The notes beneath the pieces are model-generated. The model worked only from the letters and a program-made list of their open reading frames with translations. It was not told where the DNA came from and made no database searches. Below, in pieces: positions 38,126-51,047 of a stretch of 64,000 bases of DNA (position 1 is its first letter; each line of letters opens with the position of its first letter). The DNA lies in NCBI RefSeq assembly GCF_018350175.1, contig NC_058368.1, positions 168,766,001-168,830,000 on the forward strand, written 5' to 3'. Made by a program: the position numbers and the translations under genes. Source of the stretch: Felis catus (lineage: Eukaryota).

Positions 38126-39934
38126 GGTCAAGTTGGTAAATAGAGTGGTGAGCTTGGGAGTTTGTGCAAGTGTGGCTGGAGTTGGCAAAGTGCCTCGATT
38201 TCTAGACACAGGGACCTCTAATGAAATAGTACTTTTGCTCTCATTTTAATGCATTCTTTGTCTTACTCATTTAAGCAAATAAGATACATGTCTTGCTTTA
38301 TTATGTCCCTTACTTGTTTTACAGGCAGAACCTCAGTTAAGATGAGTCTAGCCTCTTGCTTGGGTCTTGCTTGGGTCTTGTTTCCCTAGAGACATCTTAG
38401 TTAAGAGATATATGGTCAAGAAAGCAAGAAGAACAATATGACATTTTACACCCTCAGTTTCAGTGAACTCTGTTCTATTATACTGTAAATTTTCTTAGCA
38501 TTGTTATTTTAAGACAAAATCTTAATAATCATTCAAATGTTCGTTTTGCACATTTGGTTTCCAATTTCATTATTTCAGAATATGAAAATGGTTGGCTTAG
38601 CAAGCAGTCTTTCTTTCTTTTAATAAATATTCTTAATATGCAAGCATCAAAGAAAAACAGCATGACAAACTAGGTTACTAGGCAGTGAACGCTTCTAAAT
38701 GATTTGTCTTCAGTCAGACCCCAATTGCTAAAATAAATCATTTACAAACTGTTTCAGTACTTAAATTCTATATCCTGATGGGAATAAAAAGTCTGTATTC
38801 TTCCTTCTCCCCAGCAAATCAACACCTGCAAAAGACTAAGTTATTTGTTTATTTATAAATGCATTCCTTTTTATGAAGGACATATCGATACTTGCAGTAT
38901 TTCATTTACATTATGGAGTCATTTATCAACAGACTAGAAATTTTTTCAGGAGACAATCTTCTCTGGGGTCATAATTTTCCTGTAGTTATTTCTCACAAAA
39001 TCCCTCCAAATTTCATGGCTGCTTTGCATAAGTAGTCTCAAAGATATTTGGCACTCAGCCTGGAGCTTAGCATGAATGTTATCTTTTTCTTGATCCTTAT
39101 TGCCTCCTGATTTGAATATGTATCTGACTGTTCCTATAGGGCCAAATAATTACTTTCATTGTTCCTTCTAAGAATGTTATTAGATTGGCATTATTTACAG
39201 AAGCCTGTGAGAAATAATATTTGGTTATTATTTTAATGACGTATTATTAGCATAAAACACGTCCCTGTGTCATGTCTCACGTTTTCAGAGGTCAAATTTG
39301 AGGATGCCTCAGGGAGAATGTGACTTAGGGCTCTAAGGGAGGTAACTCTGGTAACTAGCCAGCCTGATACATGGAACTCTTCTTTGGGAATTTTGCCAGT
39401 GATCAATGCAATACACATGAGTGGGGAGTTGAATAATGGTCCCAGAAATTTTGAAATGAAGACTTTATCTAGTCCAGTGTACTGTGTGCTGATATAGAAA
39501 CTGAGAGCCTATGTAGTGAAGTAATTTTCCCACATTCATACTCCTTATTCCTTCTGACATCAAAACCTTATTCTTTGTACCTTAGAGCTTCCTTTAGGAG
39601 CCTTGCTCTGAGAACTCTTAACCTGCTTTTTGGTTCAAGTCGTTAATTTGTCACTTGCTACACCATGTACATATGTTGTCATTTGGTAGAGCTGCTGATT
39701 TTTGTCAGTTACTCCCATCAGCAAAGTCTTGATTCTTGCCTTTTCTATCTTTGCTTGTGTGTCAGTAAGCAGAGGATGATGGAGGTAACCTGAGAGCCTG
39801 CTTTTTATTGCAGTTTGGGATTTTTAGTGAAGAATAATTTCAAAACCTGATAGGGATAGTTTTACTTGAACTGTAAGTAGTTTAGGTATTGTTTCCTAGA
39901 GTTATTTTTATAAATAGTTAATAGGGAAACTTTT

Positions 39935-40171
39935 TTTTTTATTTAAAAAAAAAATTTTCTTTTTCAAAGTTTTTATTTTTATTTTTGGGACAGAGAGAGA
40001 CAGAGCATGAACAGGGGAGGGGCAGAGAGAGAGGGAGACACAGAATCGGAAACAGGCTCCAGGCTCCGAGCCATCAGCCCAGAGCCTGACGCGGGGCTCG
40101 AACTCACGGACCGTGAGATCGTGACCTGGCTGAAGTCGGACGCTTAACCGACTGCGCCACCCAGGCGCCCC
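39935..40171 (-). mobile_element. Young SINEC_Fc-like SINE
   Basis: TSD GGGAAACTTTT (39924-39934 and 40172-40182). Confidence 0.95.
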
Positions 40172-40913
40172 GGGAAACTTTTAAAAATTATGAAACGTTT
40201 TCATATATATATGGAGAGAGAGACTGCGGGAGACAGAAATTGTGAGACCCTTCAGTTAATTTTAAAATAATGAAAATGAAAAACTATTTTTGAATGAGAT
40301 GTGAAACTGATACCTCATCTAGAACTTTTTTTTCAAGATAGGTTTACAGCTACACTTATGACATTTTTCTGGGCATCTCATCAGAATATTATTTCATGAT
40401 ACGCCCCTCATATCCCCCCCCCCTTCACTGACCCCCAACTCCCTCCACTGTGAGGGGCCATCCTGTTGCTGGAGCTAATGCTTGTGTTTATTATCTGGAG
40501 AAAGTTCTTTACCTTGTCATAACTTGAGGTGGGCAAAAAGAGTGCATCAATGCCAGCCCTAGCAGGCCTACAGGTAGCATTAGTCACTGTATCTGTGGTA
40601 ATTGAAGAGAAGATTTTCAGTTTTAATTTCTGAAGTAGCCTTGTAATTCACTGATATAAAAATCAACCGTCAGTGAATTCAGCACAGTCTGAGGTATTTA
40701 ATTTAAAGTTGATATATAATGCTATGTAGACCAGCTTTAGCAAGTGAGTTTCACGTTTTATTTGTGGAAATTTGGGCACCAAGTGAGCTGACACTGTTTA
40801 AAGTTTTGTGTAAACTTTATTTGTATTTAATTTTTCCTGTAAGAAAACTTAAGGTCTACTTATTGTTTTGTGATAATACATTTTTTAGATCAACCTATTT
40901 AAAGAGTGCCTTT

Positions 40914-41114
40914 ATTTTGTTTAAGTTTATTTATGCATTTTGAGAGAGAGAGCATGGAGGAGAAGGAGAGAGAGGGAGAGGGAGAGGATCCCAAGCAGGC
41001 TGTATACTCTCAGTGCAGAGACCGAAGTGGGGCTTGAACTCATGCACTGTGAGATCATGACCAGAGCCAAAACCAAGAGTTGGATGCTCAACCAACTGAG
41101 GCGCCCAGGCGTCC
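40914..41114 (-). mobile_element. Can-SINE
   Basis: TSD TTAAAGAGTRCCTTT (40899-40913 and 41115-41129). Confidence 0.92.
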
Positions 41115-42920
41115 TTAAAGAGTACCTTTGAATGAAAGGATATATATTTTTTATTAGTTGTATCCCTTTGACCATACAATACCACTTAATACAAAAGAAG
41201 CAGGTTTTGAAGTGTTCTTTACCCCAACCTGGACCATTCTGTTAAATTTATCTGGTGTTGGTTTCTTAAGAATATGATTTCTTTTTTTAATATTAACAAA
41301 AGGTTTTTTTGGGAAATGGTTATCTTTCCTGTCATAAGATTTGATGCCAAGATGTAGCTTGAGGAGAATTACTGTTGTTGTTTCCGTGCATATTATTAAA
41401 TCATATACAAATAAAATGCTTTCTAATAAGTAAAAATCTCCCCTGAATTTTTGACTTTTCTGCATAACCTCTCAGGTGCTTTTCAGTTCTTACAGTTCTT
41501 GTAGAAATTCCCCACTTGAGCTGGGGAGTAGAAAACCATAGCCACTACAGTACTTTTCAGTATGTGTGCTATATATAATTATATCACTCTATGAAAACAC
41601 ATTATATTATACATTATACTCTAAATATAAATATGGGTAAACATATTACATACTATATATTACTACATATAAATATACTACATATAATATATACCACATA
41701 TAAATATATTGCTATGTGTTATACATGTGTTACCATTTGTAAGATTATTTTGAATGATTAATATGTGCATATTTGTAGAATGAAAAGAATATTAGTACTG
41801 CAACTATTAGAATGAAAAGTAAATGAAGTGGGAGACAGAAGTTGAGTTTCAGAAACTACCGTGTTTATCAGAGAGCATGTGGCTACAGATGTCTGCATTT
41901 ACTACAGAGAGACACATACCCAACATGTTAGAGACAAAAGAAACAGAAGATGTTATTTGTGGCCTGCTTTAGTTATTTTCCAGGGATGAGGAAAATTGAG
42001 CATCACAGCTGATGGAAGACATGGAAATACAGCATTTGGCAATAAGGTCTTGAGTTCTTTTGCCTGCTGCTGATTAACAGTTGAAATGTAGTCATTACTG
42101 GAAAATTGACCACCTTCCATTACAAACCCTCACGCATGCTTCTTTATTACCTTCTGTTTTTCCTTTTTGTTCTTCTTTTTCTTCTTTTCTACCCTCTTAC
42201 CCAACCCTTAACTTGCATTTGTTAAATGGATCTGAAGATATGAAATTTTCAGGAAAATTTCCTTCAACTGTGGTGCATGATACTTGGAAATATTTATCCT
42301 AAAGCAAGTAGCAGTCTGGATTGACTTCCCTTAGTGGAGTTCCACCATTATCCCCTTCCTGTTTTACTTTTTCATCAGCGTCCTTCTCCAGTGATCGGGT
42401 CATCATCATCGTCATCATGATCGTGTGAATCTTTGTGAAATTTCCTAGCTACTTAGGCAGCCCTGGGATTCACTGTTTAAAAAAATGTGTTCAATATAGT
42501 TCTCCTCTTTTTTCCCTATTATTTTCTTTCTTGAAAGTCCCTTACAACTATAGTGCTATCTGAAATCTGTGTTAGACTGGTTCCTTTTAAATTGTGTCTT
42601 TTTTTTTTTCTTCTCCTGCATGTTAATACTTGAATTTCCCATGAAATTCCCATGAATTTCCTTTGCATTTCTCATTTTCTCTCCTCTTATGAATTTTTAT
42701 TTCTTTCTTACTGCTCCCCAAATCAAGACATTTCTTGAGGGACCAGGAAAGTAAAAAACTAGAGTTTATATGCATTTGATTATTTGTCATCTTAAATTTC
42801 AGGATTATGTTTTATTTAGTTGGAAGATGTGGTAAGCGGTGGATAAATACATAAATACCCAGCATAGATGTGTGTAAACTAGTTTACTATTGCTGAAGGC
42901 TTCTCTCTTAATCTCTCCAG

Positions 42921-43013
42921 GAAAGAAAGGAGAGGCTCTCCAAGTTTGAGTCTATTCGTCATTCAATTGCTGGAATAATTAGGTCTCCAAAATCTGCACT
43001 GGGCTCTTCAACA
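42921..43013 (+). CDS. FER: FER internal exon (93 nt): [31 protein letters not shown]
   Basis: Acceptor ctctccag|G, donor ACA|gtaagt, phase 0/0. Matches the FER linker before the SH2 domain; too short for the ORF track. Confidence 0.96.
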
Positions 43014-45974
43014 GTAAGTAGGATGAACTCTATGTGCTACTGAAAATAGTCATTGTCTAGCTTCTTTCTTTTTCTTCTCTCTCTTTTTTTTTAGCTTCTT
43101 TCTGATAAACAGTGAATATCGTATGTAAATTTGTCCTTACAAATAGAAAACAAGGTACATTATATAGCTTTTTGTATGCATATGAATCTATTCATATATG
43201 TATAGAGTAAAATTACATGTAACACTGATATGGGAAGAAAGAAATAAACTTTTATTGCAGACTTCCTGTACTACAGACAAATAATTCTAGGAAACATTTT
43301 ATGTGTTTTGTGGCTTTATTAGAAGAAGAGCATAGAAAATTTATTTTCCAGTGAAACATTTTTTTAATGATAGGAATTATTATCTATGTATTTTTGAAAA
43401 TATCAGTTTATATGCATGTTCATATTTTTAAAAACATTTTAATTTTATTCAAGTCTGTTTGAAATTTGGGTTTAGCATAACACTGTGGTGCATAGAATAT
43501 TATAAATCTCTAGGTAACAACAGCCATAGGCAAACAAGATGAAGTATATTCTTTTTCCGTTTATATATAAAATTTTAAAGTATTTTTCTTACTTCATTAT
43601 CTTTCAAACTAAATTATCAAACTTTTTTTCCTAGCTATCCCTCATTCACAATAGAGCTTTAAGATGATGGTCTTATTGAATGATGATCAAAACAACAATA
43701 TTCAGTACAAATTAATTATGTGCTTTCCCTCCCATCTTTTCCAAGTTTCTACCTCATAATATCTTAATATTATTTCTTGTTCTTTAAAAATTTAGCTGTT
43801 TAAAATAATGTGACCTGGTCTTATTTAAAAAAACAAAGTATTTCCTAACTATAGATTAGTAAAATGTCACATTTTGGATTTTATTTGCTATGATTCCTTT
43901 TGAATATGTAACACGGGTTCCCGTATTTATTCCACTCAAGCAACATTCTTTTTATACACAATTAAGGCAAAGCATCGGGTATTTTAATTAAAAAGAAAGA
44001 AAATTATATTTTTATATAAAAGAGATTTTCTACTTCAGTGTTAGCCTTCAATGCTCCTATTGTCATTTCTGATATCCAGAAGTGTTCTATGGCAATAGGG
44101 AGGGGCTGTGAACTCATCAGACCATCTCTTGTGGCATTAATAGCAAATGAAAATAAAAATAATTATAGGCAAAAACTGCATGATAGAGTAAGTCTCTTTT
44201 AAGACCCATATCCTACTCCTGTTTTCTTAAGTTAATGACTTACAACTTCACAGATAAATAGTAGTTCATAGGACTTAATTTATTATGATTTGATGTTCAA
44301 AATAAAGTATAGGAGACTTGATTAGGAATCTGTGGCCAATTCTGGAGACTATGAGGACACGTTTTGATAACTTATTTGAAGAAAAGAAAGAAGAGCTCTT
44401 GAAAATAAATACTTAAAACATTTTTAAAAAAGAAAAAAAATGTTCTTAAAAGGAAATGTTCAGATCTGTTCTTCAAAAAGAGGGAAAAAAAGGAACATCA
44501 CTTCTTAAAAGGAAACGTTCAAATACCTCATTTGCACTTCATAAAATTATTTAACATGAAAATAGTTCAGTGAAACACTTGACATAGTTGTCATTGACTC
44601 ACCTTTGTTTCACTTAGGTGAGTGGTCTTTTTGCCAGCAACTAGTAGCAGTTTATTGGTGACCTAATTTGTGAAAGGTGATCCCTCTGCCCAATTTTCCT
44701 TTAGTAAACTATTTTACATGCTTGAGAAGGAAGGCTTATTATAAACTCAAGGTTATCTTCAGGGTTATTAGGTGTAAAATTAGGAGAGTGGAATTTAGAG
44801 CTTCAAGTTTTAGCTAGTGACAGAAAAATAAGAATTCTCTGATAGTGGACATGGGCGAACACTACCAATATTTGTTCATTTGTTTTCCCCACAACCTGGG
44901 ATGCCCTGGAGACAGTTGTCTAGGAATGCAGCCATGGCTTTTGAGGCTTCAAGTTACATACATCACTTTGAAGGTCATAGTTATGAGAACTTCAGCTTTT
45001 GGCTCCAGCCAGAGCCTGTTTTGATAAGTCAGGGTCGATTAGAGGGTGAGAGGGTTTTTTCTTTTATGTATGGAAAGACATGCTCATTTACATATAGAAA
45101 CAGAAGAAATCCAGTTAGTTCAAAATGATGACGTTATATAGAGTTGGCTATCCTAAAATTATGTCAGACATAATATGCACAATCTTAATGAATTAATGGT
45201 ACAAATCATAACTTTTTAATCATTGAAGGTATTTACGTGTTATTTTTTCCATTTAAAAATGGTCTTTACGTTATTCTTAAGTAAAATTACCAAATTGACA
45301 GTGACTGACATAGGTAAAAGTTTGGTGTTAACAAACTGCTGTTAGCTGGAATAAATTGAAGTGCCTTTCCCACAAAGCATGTACCTCATTCAAATACACA
45401 TTGTGATCGATTTTTCATAAATTATGAACGTCCTCAAAGCTATGAGATGCCCATTTCTTCTAAGAAAATGCTCTCTCTGTAACTGAGAATTCTAGAGAAT
45501 GTTCACTTCCTCAGGGCCCAGTTGGTGCATCTTCAAGCTGAAGACGATCATTGTTTTATCAGTTAAGTGCCCTTTGGTATTCCCTGATTTATTTAGTAAG
45601 CTCATGAACCAAAAAGATTGAGGCAGTCTGCGGTTTATGACGCTATTCTTCACTAGGAATAGATGTGCACAACCTTTTCTCTAAAATGTTAGTTATCTTA
45701 ACATTATTTGAAGGAGGGGTTTTCCCCTCAAATACACAAGTAGTTGAGGTCTTGAGTCTTAGTGTGAATGTGAAGGTTTCAGGTGTTAAATGTGATAATC
45801 TAAGTCTTAGAGACTACTTAATCATAATTAAAATTTTTTTCTGATACAATATGGTATTTTTTAGAGTATTCTTATTTGATAAATATAAAACAGAAAGAAT
45901 TTTTTATTGTTCTAAATGATTTTTTCTCTATAAAAAACTTACTAAAATTACATAGTTAAGCATATTAAAAATAT

Positions 45975-47165
45975 TTTATAGTGGTATACATCACATAACA
46001 TGAAATTCACCATTTTAAAGTGTACACTTAGTGGTTTTTAGTATACTATGTTGTGCACCTATCACTACTGTTGGCTTCCAGAACATTTCCATCTCCCTTA
46101 TAGGATACTCCATACCCAATGGTAGTTAGTTCTCTCCTTTTCCCATTTTCTGGCAATCATTAATCCACTTTTGAAGGATATGTCTGTTCTGGGCATTTCA
46201 CATAAATAGAATCCTAGAATATGTGAACTCTTGTGTCTAGTCTTTTCCAATTAGTATAATATTTTCAAGGTTCATCTGTGTTGTAGCATGTGACAATACT
46301 TCATTCTTTTTATGACTGGGTGATGTTCTGTTATATGAATTTATCACATATTGCTTATCCATTCATCAGCTGATGGAAACTTGGGTTGTTTCTACTTTTT
46401 GCCTGTTAGGAATAATGCTGCAGTGAACACTGATGTACAAGTTTTTACGTGAACATGTATTTTTCAATTCTCTCCATTATATACCTGGAAATTGCTGGGT
46501 CATATGGTGATTCTATGTTTAAGTTTTTGAAGAACCGCCTAACAGTTTTCCACAGTGGTTGCACTCTTACATTTCCACTAGCAGTATATGGATGTTCTAA
46601 TTTCTCTACAATGTCATCAACACTTGTTATTTTCAATTTTTAAAATTAGTCATACTAGTGGATGTGAAGTGGTATATCTTTTATTTGCATATTCCTAATG
46701 ACTAAGATGTTGAACATCTTTTCACATGCTTATTAGCCACTTGTATACATTCTTCAGAGACAAGACTGTTCATTTTCTTTGAACACTTTTCAATTGGATT
46801 GCTTTTTAATTCTTGAGTTATAAGTGTTCTTTATATATTTTGCATACAAGCCCCTCATCAGATATATACTTTGCAAATGTTTTCTTCTCATTTTGCAGAT
46901 TATCTTTTTATTTTCTTGATAGTGCCTTTGACAAAAGTTTTTAATTTTAACAAAGTCCAACTTATCCATTTTTCTTTGTTGGCACATGTTTTTGATGTCA
47001 TATCTAAAAAACTGTTGTCTAATCCGAGACCATACAAATTTTCACCTTTATTTTCTTATGAGTGTTTTATAGTTCTGCCTTATATATATAGGTCTTTGAT
47101 CCATTATGAGGTAATTTTTGTATATGGTACACAGGGGAGGTCCAAATCCATTCTTTTGTGTGTGG
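45975..47165 (-). mobile_element. L1MB-like 3' fragment
   Basis: aaattcaccattttaaagtgtaca 3' end; ORF2 C-terminal remnants [25 protein letters not shown] and MDKLDFVKIKNFC. Confidence 0.85.
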
Positions 47166-48805
47166 GAACATTTAATTTAAAATCCTAAAAAAGTAACAAC
47201 TATGAAATCACTGTTTCTTTATTCAAATGAACATATAAAAATTAGAAGTATAAGTATAATTTTAGATAAAATAAGGAAATTAATCACATTTTACATAGGG
47301 AAATGAAATTAGTATTAATCTTTATATTATTCCCATTGGACTTGCCATAGCTATTTATTTCAACATATTTAATAGTGTGGCTACAATGTAGAGCTTATTT
47401 GAAGACAGTCTCATGGAATAATACTTCCATCAACAATGTTGATGGCAGGGTGAGTGTAAGATAATGAGGTGATAGATGAATTTGGCTTTAATCGAATTAT
47501 AGCATCTGATGGTGTATGTTTAATACTTATTGTTATGATCAGAATAGTATTTTAATACAACAGCTGCAAGAATGTGTTCTTTTTCTCAATGTGCTAAAAG
47601 CTTGAAATAACCAATCATTAGTACTTTTGGACTCTGAGAACTACTGTACATCCAGCATCTCCCCATGCTGCAGGAGGTTATAATTTTGCTTTAAGAACTA
47701 TTTCTCAGAGACTGCTTCTGAAGTCAGGGCCAGAGATATTAGGATTAATTGCATAATCTGGAAGCCTACTGTAATCATGCATGTCCATTTCCATTGGAAG
47801 TCTTAGAGCCACATTATATTTAATGAGATCTGTTCTAGTCATATCAAGAATACTTCCCTTTCTCAGAGCCCTCTTTTTACTACAGGATTTCCCTAGCAAG
47901 TGTTGGAGCAAACAACTTGTTCCGTCTTACATCCCCTTGTGAGTACTAGTTGTATTACTGATCTATGAAGTGTATAATGCCTTTCTAATAGTAGCACTCT
48001 CTGAAAAATGTACTTTAAAACCAGAATAAAGCACATCTTGGTCCAAATAACTGTTCTTAATAATTCAGAAGAATTATTAAATTATTCAACTCTTACCTCC
48101 TTAAGATTCATATTTTTCTATACTGTATTGGCATATATGCCATTTCAATTTTAGAATCACTTCATACTAAAATTTAGAAAATAAGAACATTAGAAAATAA
48201 AGATGTGCTTCCATTATATAGAATAATATAGCAAATAAGATTTTCTTGCTCGCTTTTCAAAAAATTAGAAAATTATAGTTCAGCTATGTTTAAGTCATAC
48301 AGCGATATAATGCTAGTAGTATTATAATGCTTAGCTACCACCATTGGCATAGGGAAATGCAGTTTTTTTCAAGCATAACATAATAAACTGCTTGTGTTCT
48401 TTAGTGTTCTCCTTTAAGCCTAGGAGAGCAACCTTGTACTTCCTTTAACAATGCATATTGTTAAATTCAGGTTAAATATTATATATTTTAAACTTTAGTT
48501 GTCTTCGTTTGCTCTTATGGTTTTAATTTATCTCCCCTCCTTGTAGTCACTCCTGTCCCCCAGACACTAAGATGTAGAAAATGAGAAAAAAGGGAAAATA
48601 AAAATAAAAATTCTTGCGTCGTATCACTGCCATACATACACTGAATTCTACTGTCCAGTTATGTTTAGGAAAACTAAGTATTATTCTCAGAATTGCTAGT
48701 TTTGAGTCATTATCACACATAATTTTTAAGAAAGACTTATCAGATTTATTTTCTATAACCTATACTTTTACTGTATAGAGAGCAAATATCTGTTTTTTTA
48801 AGACC

Positions 48806-49009
48806 TTTTTTTAAAATGCTTATTTATTTTTGAGAAAGAGGAGACAGAGTGGGAGCAAGGGAGAAACAGAGAGGGAGACACAGAATCTGAAGCAGTCTCC
48901 AGTCTCCAGCTGTCAGCACAGAGCCTGACACGGGGCTCAAACTCATGAACTATGAGATCATGACCTGAGCTGAAGTCGGATGCTTACCGACTGAGCCACC
49001 CAGGCACCC
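48806..49009 (-). mobile_element. Can-SINE (SINEC_Fc-like)
   Basis: Typical body ending gagccacccaggcaccc. Confidence 0.9.
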
Positions 49010-50076
49010 TCTTCTTTTATATGTTTGAGCAAATGCTTATAGCAATGATCTGATCATGTCAGACTGATACTGTATTCTTCACAAGCAATTGCAACTTGAT
49101 GATGAACATTTAAATTTCCTGAGATATGAGTTATTAGAATGATCTGGTAACAGTTTTAGTTGATATGTATAACATGAAATTAGCACTGAATACAGTTAAT
49201 TGACTTAAATGTGTTATTAGTGATATTGTGGCACATTGTATATATAATATTGTATGAGCTTAAGGAAAGAATATTTGTTAACGAAAAAATAAAAGTGTAG
49301 AAAACATGCAGTGAAATGATCAGATAAAAGGATGAATGAGAGTCATGAGTACAATTGGAAAAAGCAAATGGATAAAAATACTAAAGTGAAAAAAGAAAAT
49401 GATTACTAATAAAGAGAAGAAAAGTACGGGAACTAAAGAAGAAAAAAAAGTCAGAGCAAATCAGAAGGTATAGGAGGAAGCAGAAGCATTAAAACAAAAA
49501 TGAAAGACCTTTAGAAAATATATTTTGCTAGAGATAGTGTCTCTTATGAAAGATCAAAGAAGGTGCACAAAAAGGCAATCAAGGAAATGGGAAGTTGTGG
49601 AAGTAAGGCTAATATTTGAGTTTGGCCTACTTGTCTATCTTTTTAGGTAAAGTTTTGGAAAGAATTATATTAGAATGCAAATCTGATCACCATGTAATTC
49701 TGCCTAGTTTTGATGCTAGGCAACAGTTATATTATTAGCTAAATACTAAACAAACTCAGGTTCTCAAAAAATACAACAAATCAAGAAATTTGTGAGTAAG
49801 AGTTTTGTTGCTAGTTTCATTGTGGAAGATAAACATTAGGTGAAGTACCTTTATTTTGGTTAAAGATATCAGTGCATGAAAAAAACTGGTAAGTTCTACC
49901 TTACTGCTAAAAACATTAGAATTTGTAGAATACAGATAGACCTTAGTGCCTTATAAAGACAGAACCCTGCTGTATTTAATTTACATCCTGTTTGTCTAGC
50001 CTGAGGCAATGATCATTAAGATCAAATACCTGGGCTATTTTTTATTTTTCGTTGTTTTAAGAGTTAACTCATTTAT

Positions 50077-50299
50077 GGGGTGCCTGGGTGGCGCAGTCGG
50101 TTAGGCGTCCGACTTCAGCCAGGTCACGATCTCGCGGTCCGTGAGTTCGAGCCCCGCGTCGGGCTCTGGGCTGATGGCTCAGAGCCTGGAGCCTGTTTCC
50201 GATTCTGTGTCTCCCTCTCTCTCTGCCCCTCCCCCGTTCATGCTCTGTCTCTCTCTGTCCCAAAAATAAATAAACGTTGAAAAAAAAATTTTTTTAAAA
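50077..50299 (+). mobile_element. Young SINEC_Fc-like SINE
   Basis: TSD AAGAGTTAACTCATT (50059-50073 and 50300-50314). Confidence 0.95.
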
Positions 50300-50929
50300 A
50301 AGAGTTAACTCATTCAATAAACTCAAAATGGAATTATTTAGTAATTTGAAAAAAATGTGGCAAGAAGAACATTATTATTCATATTCTCGTTTTATGTTTT
50401 TATTCAACTGTTAAACTCTAAATGATGTAAAATATATTTTCTACCTATGGTTACATTTTTCTTTCACTGAAAATAGCTTTTACTACCACCAGGCAGATTC
50501 CTTTTCAATAGACCTTTTCCAACCTTTTGCAACTGTTTGGTGATTCTCTTACCTCTGAGTGTATGATGTTTGATTCCTAATCTCAAATTTTCCAGTGATA
50601 AAATTAAAGGGGTCTTTATGGAATTTTTGAGAAATGTTTAAAATCCTGAGTTACTTGGTCTCACCCCAATGTAATATTAAATTAGATTTGAAATAATTCT
50701 TTACTTAGATTATTAAATTAATGGCTAAATTTATGTAAGAATAGAAAAGGTACTTAAATATCATTTTTATAATTAAAAAATTATTAAACATTTTTATGTT
50801 TGTGTTGAAGTTTTACTTAGCTTGTTCAAGTTCCTTGAGAGGTTTACTTATATATTTTCCATGGTGTTTTACTTTAGGTTTTTTTTTTTAATCATTTCTT
50901 CGGTGCCTAATTTTAATAGAATCTAGACT

Positions 50930-51047
50930 TTGGTTTTTTTTAAGATTTTATTTTTTTTAAGTAATCTCTTCACCCCACATGGGGCTCAAACCTACAATCA
51001 TGAGATCAAGCGTCACATGCTCTACCGACTGAGCCAGCCATGCACTC
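50930..51047 (-). mobile_element. Short old Can-SINE (tRNA-Lys-like head, no CT tract)
   Basis: ggggctcaaacc...tgagatcaagcgtcacatgctctaccgactgagccagcca plus a T tail. Confidence 0.75.

Noticed and set aside
49270..49610. A/G-rich stretch resembling Lys/Glu-rich coding sequence
   Set aside because: No ORF in the track and no convincing splice sites; low complexity.
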